DNA from: Cellvibrionales bacterium UBA1969
GTDB lineage: Bacteria > Pseudomonadota > Gammaproteobacteria > Pseudomonadales > UBA7434
DNA: 64,000 bases
Assembly (NCBI GenBank): GCA_002339085.1
Contig: DDDX01000033.1
Location: 884 to 64,883 of the forward strand
Direction: 5' to 3'
Shown here: in pieces, positions 28,560-37,583 of the stretch
How the letters are laid out: each line of letters opens with the position of its first letter
Position numbering within the stretch: the first letter of the stretch is position 1
Translations under genes and position numbers: made by a program
The notes under the pieces: generated by a model
The model's database searches: none
What the model was told of the DNA's origin: nothing
The model's input: the letters and a program-made list of their open reading frames with translations, nothing else

Positions 28560-29666
28560 ATGAAGACACCCATATTAGTAATCTTTGTAGATGCTTTGCC
28601 TTATGACCGTGCCGTGAACATTGTAAATGCTTTAAAAGCAGATACACATTTAAAATCAATACCCGGGGTCGGTTATAGTATCAATGTAAAGGCAGAAATG
28701 TTTGCAGGGTTGAAGCCAGACGATGTCGGATATTTCTGTGAATGGAACTATAATCCTGATAATAGAAGCGTTTGGTGGGTAAATCTGGGAATACCAATTT
28801 TGGAAAGACTTAGTAGTTTTAGCCATTTTATCGATAGGGTGATCCATAAGCTAATCACTTTGGCGCGTGGTGAAAGAATATATGCCATACCATATCGTAT
28901 TTTACCAATGTTAAAATGTTCAGGGTTGACAGCTTATGAGCGTAATTTTGAAGCGCCAACGTTTTTATCAGATGGTAATTTCGAGCGTGTCCTCTACAGC
29001 GAGGAAGGTGTCAATGATAAAAAAGTTTTTGATAAGGCATTAGAAAAGTTACGCAAAGAAAAAAATAATAGATTGTTCGTTTCAACCGCAGAATTAGATG
29101 GTGTAATGCATCACTACGGCATGTCCTGCCAGAGGTATGAAGATCAAATATCATTAATTGAAGAGTCAACTGTCAATTTAATTCAGGAATTTCTCTCTAT
29201 ACATGGTGATCAGGCTAAGTATTTCCTCTTCTCTGATCATGGAATGGCGCCTGTTCTCGAGCCAGTTGATTTTGATATTTCACAGTATTGTGGTCAACCA
29301 GGCAATGAAAGTTATGTTTACGTAATTGATGCTACATTTTATAGGGTATGGATTAATAATGAAGAGCTAAGAACAAAAATTATCGATGCATTTGGCAGTG
29401 TAAATCATGTAGGCCATATTCTAACTGAAGAGGAGCGAATAAAATACGGTCTTGTGGATCGAAGGCATGGCGATATTATATTTTTGTTGAATGAGTCGAA
29501 ACAGTTTGCCCCTAACTTTTTTGGTAAGGAAATTAGTAAGGCAATGCACGGCTATGACCCTGAGCTAAAAAGTCAAGCGGGAGCATTTGTAAGTAATACT
29601 AATAGTGGATTTGGCGGTAACATTTCCTCAATGTCGATTCATGAGACTATTCGAGCTTTCCTGTGA
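28560..29666 (+). CDS. alkaline-phosphatase-superfamily enzyme (type I phosphodiesterase/NPP- or PglZ-like), cytoplasmic
   Basis: ILVIFVDALPYD (metal Asp), GVGYS (candidate nucleophile), ELDGVMHHYG (D..H) and FLFSDHGM (D-H). There is no signal peptide or TM helix. Confidence 0.65.
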   Translation: MKTPILVIFVDALPYDRAVNIVNALKADTHLKSIPGVGYSINVKAEMFAGLKPDDVGYFCEWNYNPDNRSVWWVNLGIPILERLSSFSHFIDRVIHKLITLARGERIYAIPYRILPMLKCSGLTAYERNFEAPTFLSDGNFERVLYSEEGVNDKKVFDKALEKLRKEKNNRLFVSTAELDGVMHHYGMSCQRYEDQISLIEESTVNLIQEFLSIHGDQAKYFLFSDHGMAPVLEPVDFDISQYCGQPGNESYVYVIDATFYRVWINNEELRTKIIDAFGSVNHVGHILTEEERIKYGLVDRRHGDIIFLLNESKQFAPNFFGKEISKAMHGYDPELKSQAGAFVSNTNSGFGGNISSMSIHETIRAFL

Positions 29667-31483
29667 TGCCCGTGATAAATAGAGGGTTAATAATAATATT
29701 CTTTTTTTATTCAGCTAATTTGAACGCTAGCATTTCGCTTTATCAGATTCCAGCTTTCTTTAATTTTCAAAAAGAAATGAATCTTAACGTTGATCTAAAA
29801 AAGCGAATTATTCTCAATCCCGTGATGATTCAATTGTCCGAATTTTCAGAAGCTGAGTACATTAAACAAATAAAAGAAGAAGTGCGAATTGAAGCTTTTA
29901 AGGGTGAGACTATTTATACAAGCTTTATCATAGAGGCCATAAATAAAGATCATAAAATATCCGCAAATCTTTTATTTGAAGAAGAATATTTTAAACCTGA
30001 TAACACTGAAATTAGCTTAGTGAGCAGCTGGTTTCAATCTGGTAGGAATACGACCATTTCAAAAGACAAGCAGTATCTAACACAAGAATTGTTAATTAAA
30101 GATGATTTAGTTGTAGACCTTTCAGATGGTTGGGTTAAAAATGAAGAGAAATGGTACTATCAACCCCCCAAAATTTCTCGATTAGAATCTATAAAGTCTT
30201 CTATTAAAAAGAATGACACCCGCCGCCTTCTAGTCGAGGTTAATGTCCCAGATAACATACCAGCAGATACATATACGATCAAATTATTGATTGAAAATAT
30301 TGATGGTGGAGAGCCATTGAAAAAAATAGCTTTGAAAATAGATGTTAAAGACATATCACTTGACTATAGTTTAAAGGACGCTTATGAGTTGTTTATTTAT
30401 ACAAAGTTGGGGCTAGATTTGAAGGTGGGTAGAGAGAATTCTTTTAATAATGGTCAACAGAATATTGGAGACGGTGAGTATCAGATAGAAAATTATTTCG
30501 CCCATGCTCATCAAATAGAAAAAAAAGGTTTCAATGGTGTTTTTATCATGGATTGGCGTCCTTCATATGTTGAGGATGCGTTGAATATTTTGAATGCTGT
30601 AGGGTTAGATCGAGCTATTATTTATGGGCGCCCTGTTGTAAAAGAAGGCGTTAAAGTTTTGACAGAAGATTTAGTCAAGACAATTAAAAGTAAAGGTTTC
30701 GAACCAATTTTTTACGGCTACGATGAGCCTGGCGGCAATGAGAAAGTTAAGCAGCAGCTAGCTTTAAATTCTCGGTTACATAATCTCGGAGCTAAATCCA
30801 TAAATGCTGTTTTTTGGAATGATATACCTAATATAGAGAAAAATATTATAAATGAAAATCAAGACTTTGATTATTTAACTATCAGTATGGGAAGTAACGG
30901 GCACAGAAAATTTTTTAAGTCTTTACCGATGTTAGGCTCTGAGAATGATATAAAATTTCTTGCTTATTGGCATCCACATGTAGAGAATCCCATGAGGAAT
31001 CGCTTGTTTATGGGGTTTTGGTTATGGGCTAGTGGGTTAGATGGAGTTTCTCCACATGCATATTATATTTTGCCTCATATAGCTCGTTATAATAAAGAAA
31101 GAGAAGATAAGTCGCGGGGTCCGTTATCCCCGTACAATGATTTCTCTATGTGGGACAATCCAAAGGGGATTTTTCGTCAACACTCTACTGTTTACCCTAA
31201 TGAAAAAGGTTTTATTTCAACCTTACAATGGGAGGCAATATCTGAAGGGGTAACAGATTTAGTTATGATAAAGCAATTAGAAAAACTAATTGAGAATGAT
31301 AGGTCGAAACTTAGAGCCCAAAATGGCTTAGAGTTACTACAAGAAATTCGTTCTAATGTTTTGACAGTCAAATCATCTTCATTTACTGATAGGCAAATCA
31401 AAAAATTCAACATTTATATGAATGATTGGAGAGATCGAATTAGAAAACTTATCCTGGAATATAACAAAGAATTAGCTTACTAG
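29663..31483 (+). CDS. hypothetical exported or membrane-anchored protein (606 aa), possibly glycoside-hydrolase-like
   Basis: N-terminal hydrophobic segment LIIIFFFYSANLNA. The start overlaps the upstream stop. The middle region (GFNGVFIMDWRPSYVEDALNILNAVGLDRAIIYG) is compatible with a TIM-barrel-like fold, and the architecture is reminiscent of DUF4091/GH123-type proteins. None of this is verified. Confidence 0.5.
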   Translation: MMPVINRGLIIIFFFYSANLNASISLYQIPAFFNFQKEMNLNVDLKKRIILNPVMIQLSEFSEAEYIKQIKEEVRIEAFKGETIYTSFIIEAINKDHKISANLLFEEEYFKPDNTEISLVSSWFQSGRNTTISKDKQYLTQELLIKDDLVVDLSDGWVKNEEKWYYQPPKISRLESIKSSIKKNDTRRLLVEVNVPDNIPADTYTIKLLIENIDGGEPLKKIALKIDVKDISLDYSLKDAYELFIYTKLGLDLKVGRENSFNNGQQNIGDGEYQIENYFAHAHQIEKKGFNGVFIMDWRPSYVEDALNILNAVGLDRAIIYGRPVVKEGVKVLTEDLVKTIKSKGFEPIFYGYDEPGGNEKVKQQLALNSRLHNLGAKSINAVFWNDIPNIEKNIINENQDFDYLTISMGSNGHRKFFKSLPMLGSENDIKFLAYWHPHVENPMRNRLFMGFWLWASGLDGVSPHAYYILPHIARYNKEREDKSRGPLSPYNDFSMWDNPKGIFRQHSTVYPNEKGFISTLQWEAISEGVTDLVMIKQLEKLIENDRSKLRAQNGLELLQEIRSNVLTVKSSSFTDRQIKKFNIYMNDWRDRIRKLILEYNKELAY

Positions 31484-31494
31484 AAGATATTATA

Positions 31495-32679
31495 ATGGAT
31501 CAACACAAAAAAAATATTTTATTTGTTGAGTATTGTCCCGACCTGAAAGGTGGCGGTGCTCAGCGTGTTTTTTTAGATCTAATGAAGTCAATAAATAAGG
31601 AAAAATATAATATTTTTGCTGCCTTTCCCAGCATTAATAATAGCCAGCTGGCTGCTGAGATTCCAAAAGATGCCATTAGATTTCATTATGATTCGAAGTC
31701 ACCTCAAAAAAATAAAAATAAAATTATGTCTTACTTGATTTTCATTATCTTTATACCTATTAATACAATTATTGGGACTTTTCGCATAAAAAGATATGAT
31801 ATTGAAGTTGTTTATGTTCATTCAATAATCAGTGGCTTTCATTTCTCAATAGCAAAATATTTTGTTAATTTTAAGTTGATTTATCATGAGCATAATCTAG
31901 TTTCACAAAGACCGGCAATGCACCTTTGGCGCTCCATGTTTGATTTTGTGAATTATCAGTCTGATATGGTCATTGCAAACAGCCATGCAACTGCACTTTC
32001 CCTTAAAGAATACGGCAGTGAGGAGAGTAAAATTGCCGTGGTGCATAATGGAATACTTATAGAAGATTTTGATGATAAATTATCAGAGTCTAGAGGAATG
32101 GCTAGATTGGGGTTTAAAAAGGACACTACACCAATAATTGTTGGTATGGTTGGTCATTTTAGACCTTGGAAAGGTCAGCATTACTTTGCAGAGTCTATGA
32201 AGAATGCTAAAAAGTATAATAATGACATTCACTATGTAGTTGTTGGGGGATTTCATGATCAACAATATTATCAGGATGTATGCGAGTATATTGAGCTTGA
32301 AGGTATTTCGGATAATGTAACAATCACAGGCCATCAAGAAAATGTATCTGAGTTAATGGCATGTATGGATATCGTTGTTGTGCCTTCAGTACCAGAGCCA
32401 TTTGGCTTGGTCGTTCTGGAGGCTATGATGATGAAAAAGCCTGTTATTGCATTCAATGTTGGTGGCCCATCTGAAATAATCCAACATGGAGAAACCGGAA
32501 TTTTGGTATCAGAAATTAAAAGTGAAGCACTTGGCGATGAGATTGGAATGCTTTCAAATGACCTGCCCATGCGTGAGAGAATGGGTTTGAAAGGGAGAGA
32601 GTTATTGAGTTCTGACTTCACTTGTAGAGCCCAAGCAAAAAATATTGAGAGTGTTCTTGAGACTCTCTTTATTCAATGA
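31495..32679 (+). CDS. glycosyltransferase family 4 (GT-B, retaining)
   Basis: C-terminal E-x7-E region VPSVPEPFGLVVLEAMMMKKPVIAFNVGGPSEIIQHGETGILV. Confidence 0.85.
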   Translation: MDQHKKNILFVEYCPDLKGGGAQRVFLDLMKSINKEKYNIFAAFPSINNSQLAAEIPKDAIRFHYDSKSPQKNKNKIMSYLIFIIFIPINTIIGTFRIKRYDIEVVYVHSIISGFHFSIAKYFVNFKLIYHEHNLVSQRPAMHLWRSMFDFVNYQSDMVIANSHATALSLKEYGSEESKIAVVHNGILIEDFDDKLSESRGMARLGFKKDTTPIIVGMVGHFRPWKGQHYFAESMKNAKKYNNDIHYVVVGGFHDQQYYQDVCEYIELEGISDNVTITGHQENVSELMACMDIVVVPSVPEPFGLVVLEAMMMKKPVIAFNVGGPSEIIQHGETGILVSEIKSEALGDEIGMLSNDLPMRERMGLKGRELLSSDFTCRAQAKNIESVLETLFIQ

Positions 32680-32701
32680 ATTAATTTTAAAGATAATAAT
32701 T

Positions 32702-33883
32702 ATGAAAAAAAATGTTCATTGTATTCATTACATACCTAAACTCTGTTTAGAAAATGGCGGTGTAGTTCGTTTCATTATTGATATTTGTCAAGTCCTTTCT
32801 GATAGAGGATTGAAAGTCACATTAATTACACAAGATGCTAAGGATGCGCCAGCCAAATGGTCTAATAAAGACTCTAGTCCGAGTATTTTAGAGTTAAAGC
32901 AAGCTCATATTCCTGGAGGATTTATTAATTTTAGGAATCTTAAAAAAGTAAAGCAGTTACTCGATAGTGATGAAAGGAAGGTCATTAATTTTCATATACC
33001 TTGGGTATTAAGTAATTATCAGCTTTCAATGTTAGCTAATAAATTAAAGATACCATATATTGTTACTCCTCATGGGTCATTAGACTCATGGTCAATGAGT
33101 CAGAAAAAACTTAAAAAGAATATTTTTTGGATATTGTTTGGGAAAAAACATTATGAAAATGCTTTTAGTATTCACTATACAGCTGAAAGCGAGCGTGAGC
33201 AGGGAGAGAAATATATAGTAAAAAATAATTTCCACATTATTCCCTGCCTATTTGATGTTTCAGAATTTGAAACCATTCCAGACACCAATTTAGCAAAAAA
33301 CAAATATATCCAAATCAGCAGTAAATTTCCAAATCTTTTATTTTTAAGTAGGATTCATCCGAAAAAAGGTATCGATACACTCATCAAAGCTGCCAATATT
33401 CTCATAAATAAAGGTGTTTATTGTAATATCTTGATAGCTGGTCCAGATGATTTGACAGCTAAAGGCTATAGAAAAAAACTAGAAGAATTAATTGAGGTTA
33501 GTAATCTTTCAGATCGTGTGCACTTTATTGGGATGGTTAAAGGTCAAGAAAAGTTATCCTTATATAATTGTGCAGATGTTTTTGTTTTGCCAACTCACCA
33601 GGAAAACTTTGGGTTTGTGTTAGTTGAAGCGATGGCTTGTGCAACTCCAGTTATAACCTCATTTGGCGTAGATATATGGAGAGAGATTGGGAGAGGCGGC
33701 GCATTGATAACGGATAATACACCTGAAGCTTTTGCCGAAAAAATAGAATTTTTATTATCAGATACAGATACTCTTGTGAATAGAGGAAAGATATCGCGCG
33801 AATGGGTGTTCAGCTCTTTCGATGCAGTGAGACTGGCGGATGAATATTGCGCAATGTATGAGCAATTTCAATCTCTAAACTAG
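32702..33883 (+). CDS. glycosyltransferase family 4 (GT-B)
   Basis: LPTHQENFGFVLVEAMACATPVITS motif. I moved the start to the ATG at 32702, because the track extension overlaps the upstream gene. Confidence 0.85.
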   Translation: MKKNVHCIHYIPKLCLENGGVVRFIIDICQVLSDRGLKVTLITQDAKDAPAKWSNKDSSPSILELKQAHIPGGFINFRNLKKVKQLLDSDERKVINFHIPWVLSNYQLSMLANKLKIPYIVTPHGSLDSWSMSQKKLKKNIFWILFGKKHYENAFSIHYTAESEREQGEKYIVKNNFHIIPCLFDVSEFETIPDTNLAKNKYIQISSKFPNLLFLSRIHPKKGIDTLIKAANILINKGVYCNILIAGPDDLTAKGYRKKLEELIEVSNLSDRVHFIGMVKGQEKLSLYNCADVFVLPTHQENFGFVLVEAMACATPVITSFGVDIWREIGRGGALITDNTPEAFAEKIEFLLSDTDTLVNRGKISREWVFSSFDAVRLADEYCAMYEQFQSLN

Positions 33884-35334
33884 TGATTAAAATGCCTAAT
33901 GAGATAGTTAAAACATCTATTGCATCTTTCTTGCAAAAAATATTTCTTAATTTGTCATCTTTTATTATAACTATTGTTTTATCTAGAATGTTAACTGTTT
34001 CAGAATTTGGCATTTTCTCTCTAGTGAATGCTATTATATTTTTTCTAATAATATTTTTTAGTATTGGGATTCAGGCCTCTATGGCTCGCTTTTTATCTTT
34101 ATCTGATGATCGAGAATATCGGCATAGTGTATTAGCTAAAGGCCTAGGTGTTTTGTTGCCTTGGGTTGTTTTATGCACGGGAATTTATTTGATTTTCTAT
34201 GCCCCTATTATTGACTTTATTTTTCCAGAAGGGGAATTAAAGAATTTTACTCTTATTATATATGCAATCGCTTTAATTGAAGTTGTTCGGTTATTTATTG
34301 AAAAAGCTAGTCACGGCATAAGTAGATTGGGAATTGCCGCAGAGCAGAGTGCTTATACTTCGTTATTACTTGTATTATTATTAGTTTCTGCAGCATATAT
34401 ATATTCTTCCGCTGAGTCGGTTCTATATGCAAAAATTATTGCATTAGCTCTTCCAATTCCTTTTGCATTAACAAAGCTAATATTAGAATTTAAGAAATCA
34501 TTAAATGCTGACGCACCTCATGAACCATCAACTTTGACTATTGTAAGTTATGGGATTCCTCTATCCTTAATATTCTTGGCAGATTATGGTTTTTTGCAAT
34601 TGCCTTTAATTTTTTTAGGAAGTTATCTAGATCCAAGTGCTGTAGGCCTATACTCTATAAGCATTCTAACTTATGTAAGATTGCTTATCGTTCCTCGTGC
34701 TATTGGTAACGGATTAGCTCCTCATATGGCACGAATGAACCATGATCAGAATTGGTTCTCCCTTCTTGAGAAAGGGGTATTATTCGCGCTTATTTTTTCT
34801 ATACCGATAGTTATTATCGGCTGTACGGAAGGTGGTGAGTTGTTGGCACTTATCTTTGGCGAAAAATATAGAGAAGCAAAAGATATTTTTTTATTGCTAT
34901 CTTTATTCTATTTGATGTCATCTTTATTAGGCGTCATAAATCCTATATTAGATTTTTCGGGTCGGGCTAAAACAAGAGCTTTTGGCGTATCAGTCGGATC
35001 TGTTATAAATATTTTATTAAATATATTATGGATTCCAAAATATGGTATTTATGGTGCCGCAATAGCTACTTTAGTCGGTTACTTTATTTTTTTTATTATT
35101 GTAATTGTTAATCTCAAATCTCAGGCAATTAGTGCAATCATTTTGAGCAGACCTATTCATAAGTTGCTATTCTTATGCTCTATGTTATTGGTGATATTTT
35201 TTATTTTTAGGGCTATATTTCCCTCTATTTCATTTTTAATATTATTGATAATTTTGTCTTTAATTTACCCAATATTATTAATTTGCTCAGGAATAGTTAG
35301 TAAATCAGATTTTAGGACTATTTTTAAAAATTGA
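33883..35334 (+). CDS. wzx: Wzx-type oligosaccharide flippase (MOP/polysaccharide biosynthesis protein family)
   Basis: 483 aa with ~12-14 TM helices. The N-terminus IASFLQKIFLNLSSFIITIVLSRMLTVSEFGIF is typical of Wzx/RfbX. An alternative start lies at ATG 33892. Confidence 0.78.
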   Translation: MIKMPNEIVKTSIASFLQKIFLNLSSFIITIVLSRMLTVSEFGIFSLVNAIIFFLIIFFSIGIQASMARFLSLSDDREYRHSVLAKGLGVLLPWVVLCTGIYLIFYAPIIDFIFPEGELKNFTLIIYAIALIEVVRLFIEKASHGISRLGIAAEQSAYTSLLLVLLLVSAAYIYSSAESVLYAKIIALALPIPFALTKLILEFKKSLNADAPHEPSTLTIVSYGIPLSLIFLADYGFLQLPLIFLGSYLDPSAVGLYSISILTYVRLLIVPRAIGNGLAPHMARMNHDQNWFSLLEKGVLFALIFSIPIVIIGCTEGGELLALIFGEKYREAKDIFLLLSLFYLMSSLLGVINPILDFSGRAKTRAFGVSVGSVINILLNILWIPKYGIYGAAIATLVGYFIFFIIVIVNLKSQAISAIILSRPIHKLLFLCSMLLVIFFIFRAIFPSISFLILLIILSLIYPILLICSGIVSKSDFRTIFKN

Positions 35335-35465
35335 CTAAATTTTATGTTCTTTGGGGTTTAGCTTAATGTGATTTTCGTTTTCAGAGTTGGCTTTGTTAAT
35401 GCCAATCTCAGATCTATTATTCAAGGCTTAATGATATTTAAAACAATTTTTGGTGGGATTTATTA

Positions 35466-37574
35466 ATGAAACAAGTGCTTCAAAATCTTAATTCTGGTGA
35501 AACAAATCTTATTGATGTGCCTGTTCCAATGCCTTCTTCTGGCAATCTGCTCTTAAAAACTAGTAAATCACTTGTTTCAGCAGGCACAGAGCGTATGTTA
35601 GTTGATTTTGGAAAATCAAATTTGATTGATAAAGCCCTTTCCCAGCCTGATAAGGTTAAGCAGGTAATAGAGAAGGTTAAGACAGATGGTGTAATGTCAA
35701 CGATAGAGGCTGTAAAAACTAAATTAGACACTCCTCTGCCTCTTGGTTATTGCAATGTAGGCTGTGTTGAAGAAAGTTGTGTTGAGGGATTTTCAGTAGG
35801 TGACCGAGTGGTGTCAAATGGCAAGCACGCGGAATATGTTTCTGTTCCTAAAAATCTTTGTGCAAAAGTTCCTGATAATGTTGATGACGAATCAGCAGCC
35901 TTTACAGTTATAGGTGCCATTGCCTTGCAAGGTATTCGCCTTATAAAGCCATCATTAGGCGAAACGGTTGTTGTAACTGGGTTAGGACTGATCGGTTTAG
36001 TCGCTGTTCAATTGTTACGAGCGCAAGGTTGCCGTGTTTTAGGCATTGATTTTGATGCAGAAAAAGTCGCTATTGCTGAGCAGTTTGGTGTCGAGGTTGT
36101 TAATTTGTCTGAAGGCCAAAACCCTTTAGTCATTGCTGATCAATATAGTCGTGGTCGTGGCGTTGATGCCGTTTTGATAACTGCATCGACTAAAAGTAAT
36201 GAGCCCATTCATCAAGCGGCGACAATGTGCCGTCAGCGAGGGCGAATTGTCTTGGTTGGTGTAGTGGGTATGGAGATGTCTCGCGCTGATTTTTACGAGA
36301 AGGAATTATCCTTTCAAGTATCTTGCTCCTATGGTCCTGGCCGTTATGATCCAAGTTATGAAGAGGACGGAAATGACTATCCATTTGGCTTAGTTCGCTG
36401 GACTGAGCAACGAAACTTTGAAGCAATATTAGACATGATGGCCGATGGACTTATTGACATGAAGCCCCTCATTAGTCACCGCTTTAAGTTGGATGAGGCG
36501 TCAAAGGCTTACGAACTTATCAGCGAGGGTAAACCCCTTGGTGTGTTACTGGAATATCCATGTTCTGAGAATCAAATATCTGAAAGAACGATAGACCTAA
36601 CCCCACCTGCTTTTACTTCATCCGCTCATTCTAAAGCCTGCCTTGGTTTTATTGGGGCGGGCAATTACGCTTCAAGTGTGTTAGTTCCAGCGTTTTCTGC
36701 AACAAGTGCAAGGCTTAAGTCAATCTCCTCGGCTACCGGTGTTAGCAGTGTGCATGTGGGTCGAAAGAATCGAATTGAGCAAGCGACGACTGCATCAGAT
36801 TCCTTACTCGTCGATGAGGATATAAATGCATTAATTATCACGACGCGGCATAATAGCCATGCGGCCTGGATTAAGCGAGGCCTAGAGGCCGGCAAGCATA
36901 TTTTCGTAGAAAAACCTTTAGCTCTTAATCGTTCAGAGCTTGAAGAGCTCTCACAATTATATACAGCCTTAGATAAACCGCCTTTATTGATGGTTGGTTT
37001 TAATCGGCGCTACTCGCCGTTGATCGAACCTCTCGCTCAAGCGCTGAAATGTAAATCTGAGCCAGTATCGATGGTTATGACGGTTAATGCGGGCGAAATT
37101 CCAGCCGATCACTGGATACATGATATGGACGTTGGTGGGGGTCGTATTATCGGAGAGGGTTGTCATTTTATTGATTTATTTCGATATCTTGCTAAAAGCT
37201 CCATAGTTGATGTTCAATCAAAGAAAATGGATTCAGCCTGTGGTGACTCGGTGAGCATACTATTGAGTTTTGAAAATGGATCAGTCGGCACAGTGAATTA
37301 CTTGGCCAATGGTAACAAAGGCTTCCCAAAAGAACGCTTGGAAGTTTTTTGTGGCGGTAGTATTGCACAAGTTGATAATTTTCGATCACTTAAAGTATTT
37401 GGCTGGCCAGGCCTGAAGACAAAACGCTTATGGCGGCAGGATAAAGGGCAGTCTAACTGTACTCAAGAATTTATTCATGCTATCGAGCAAGGTGATTCAT
37501 CAAGGCTAATTCCATTTGATGAATTGTGTGAGGTGGCCAATGCGTGTTTTGATGTTATGGATCAAATTTCCTAG
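35466..37574 (+). CDS. bi-domain oxidoreductase (N-terminal MDR/alcohol-dehydrogenase-like plus C-terminal Gfo/Idh/MocA)
   Basis: A GroES-like N-terminus is followed by the Rossmann motif VVTGLGLIGL. A second Rossmann motif, GFIGAGNYAS, and EKP (FVEKPLAL) are typical of Gfo/Idh/MocA. Confidence 0.85.
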   Translation: MKQVLQNLNSGETNLIDVPVPMPSSGNLLLKTSKSLVSAGTERMLVDFGKSNLIDKALSQPDKVKQVIEKVKTDGVMSTIEAVKTKLDTPLPLGYCNVGCVEESCVEGFSVGDRVVSNGKHAEYVSVPKNLCAKVPDNVDDESAAFTVIGAIALQGIRLIKPSLGETVVVTGLGLIGLVAVQLLRAQGCRVLGIDFDAEKVAIAEQFGVEVVNLSEGQNPLVIADQYSRGRGVDAVLITASTKSNEPIHQAATMCRQRGRIVLVGVVGMEMSRADFYEKELSFQVSCSYGPGRYDPSYEEDGNDYPFGLVRWTEQRNFEAILDMMADGLIDMKPLISHRFKLDEASKAYELISEGKPLGVLLEYPCSENQISERTIDLTPPAFTSSAHSKACLGFIGAGNYASSVLVPAFSATSARLKSISSATGVSSVHVGRKNRIEQATTASDSLLVDEDINALIITTRHNSHAAWIKRGLEAGKHIFVEKPLALNRSELEELSQLYTALDKPPLLMVGFNRRYSPLIEPLAQALKCKSEPVSMVMTVNAGEIPADHWIHDMDVGGGRIIGEGCHFIDLFRYLAKSSIVDVQSKKMDSACGDSVSILLSFENGSVGTVNYLANGNKGFPKERLEVFCGGSIAQVDNFRSLKVFGWPGLKTKRLWRQDKGQSNCTQEFIHAIEQGDSSRLIPFDELCEVANACFDVMDQIS

Positions 37575-37583
37575 ATCAAAGGG

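Noticed and set aside
32645-32701. 19-aa extension of the second GT4 gene, overlapping the first
   Set aside because: The ATG at 32702 gives the typical GT4 N-terminus (MKKNVHCIHYIPKL) and removes a 35-nt overlap.
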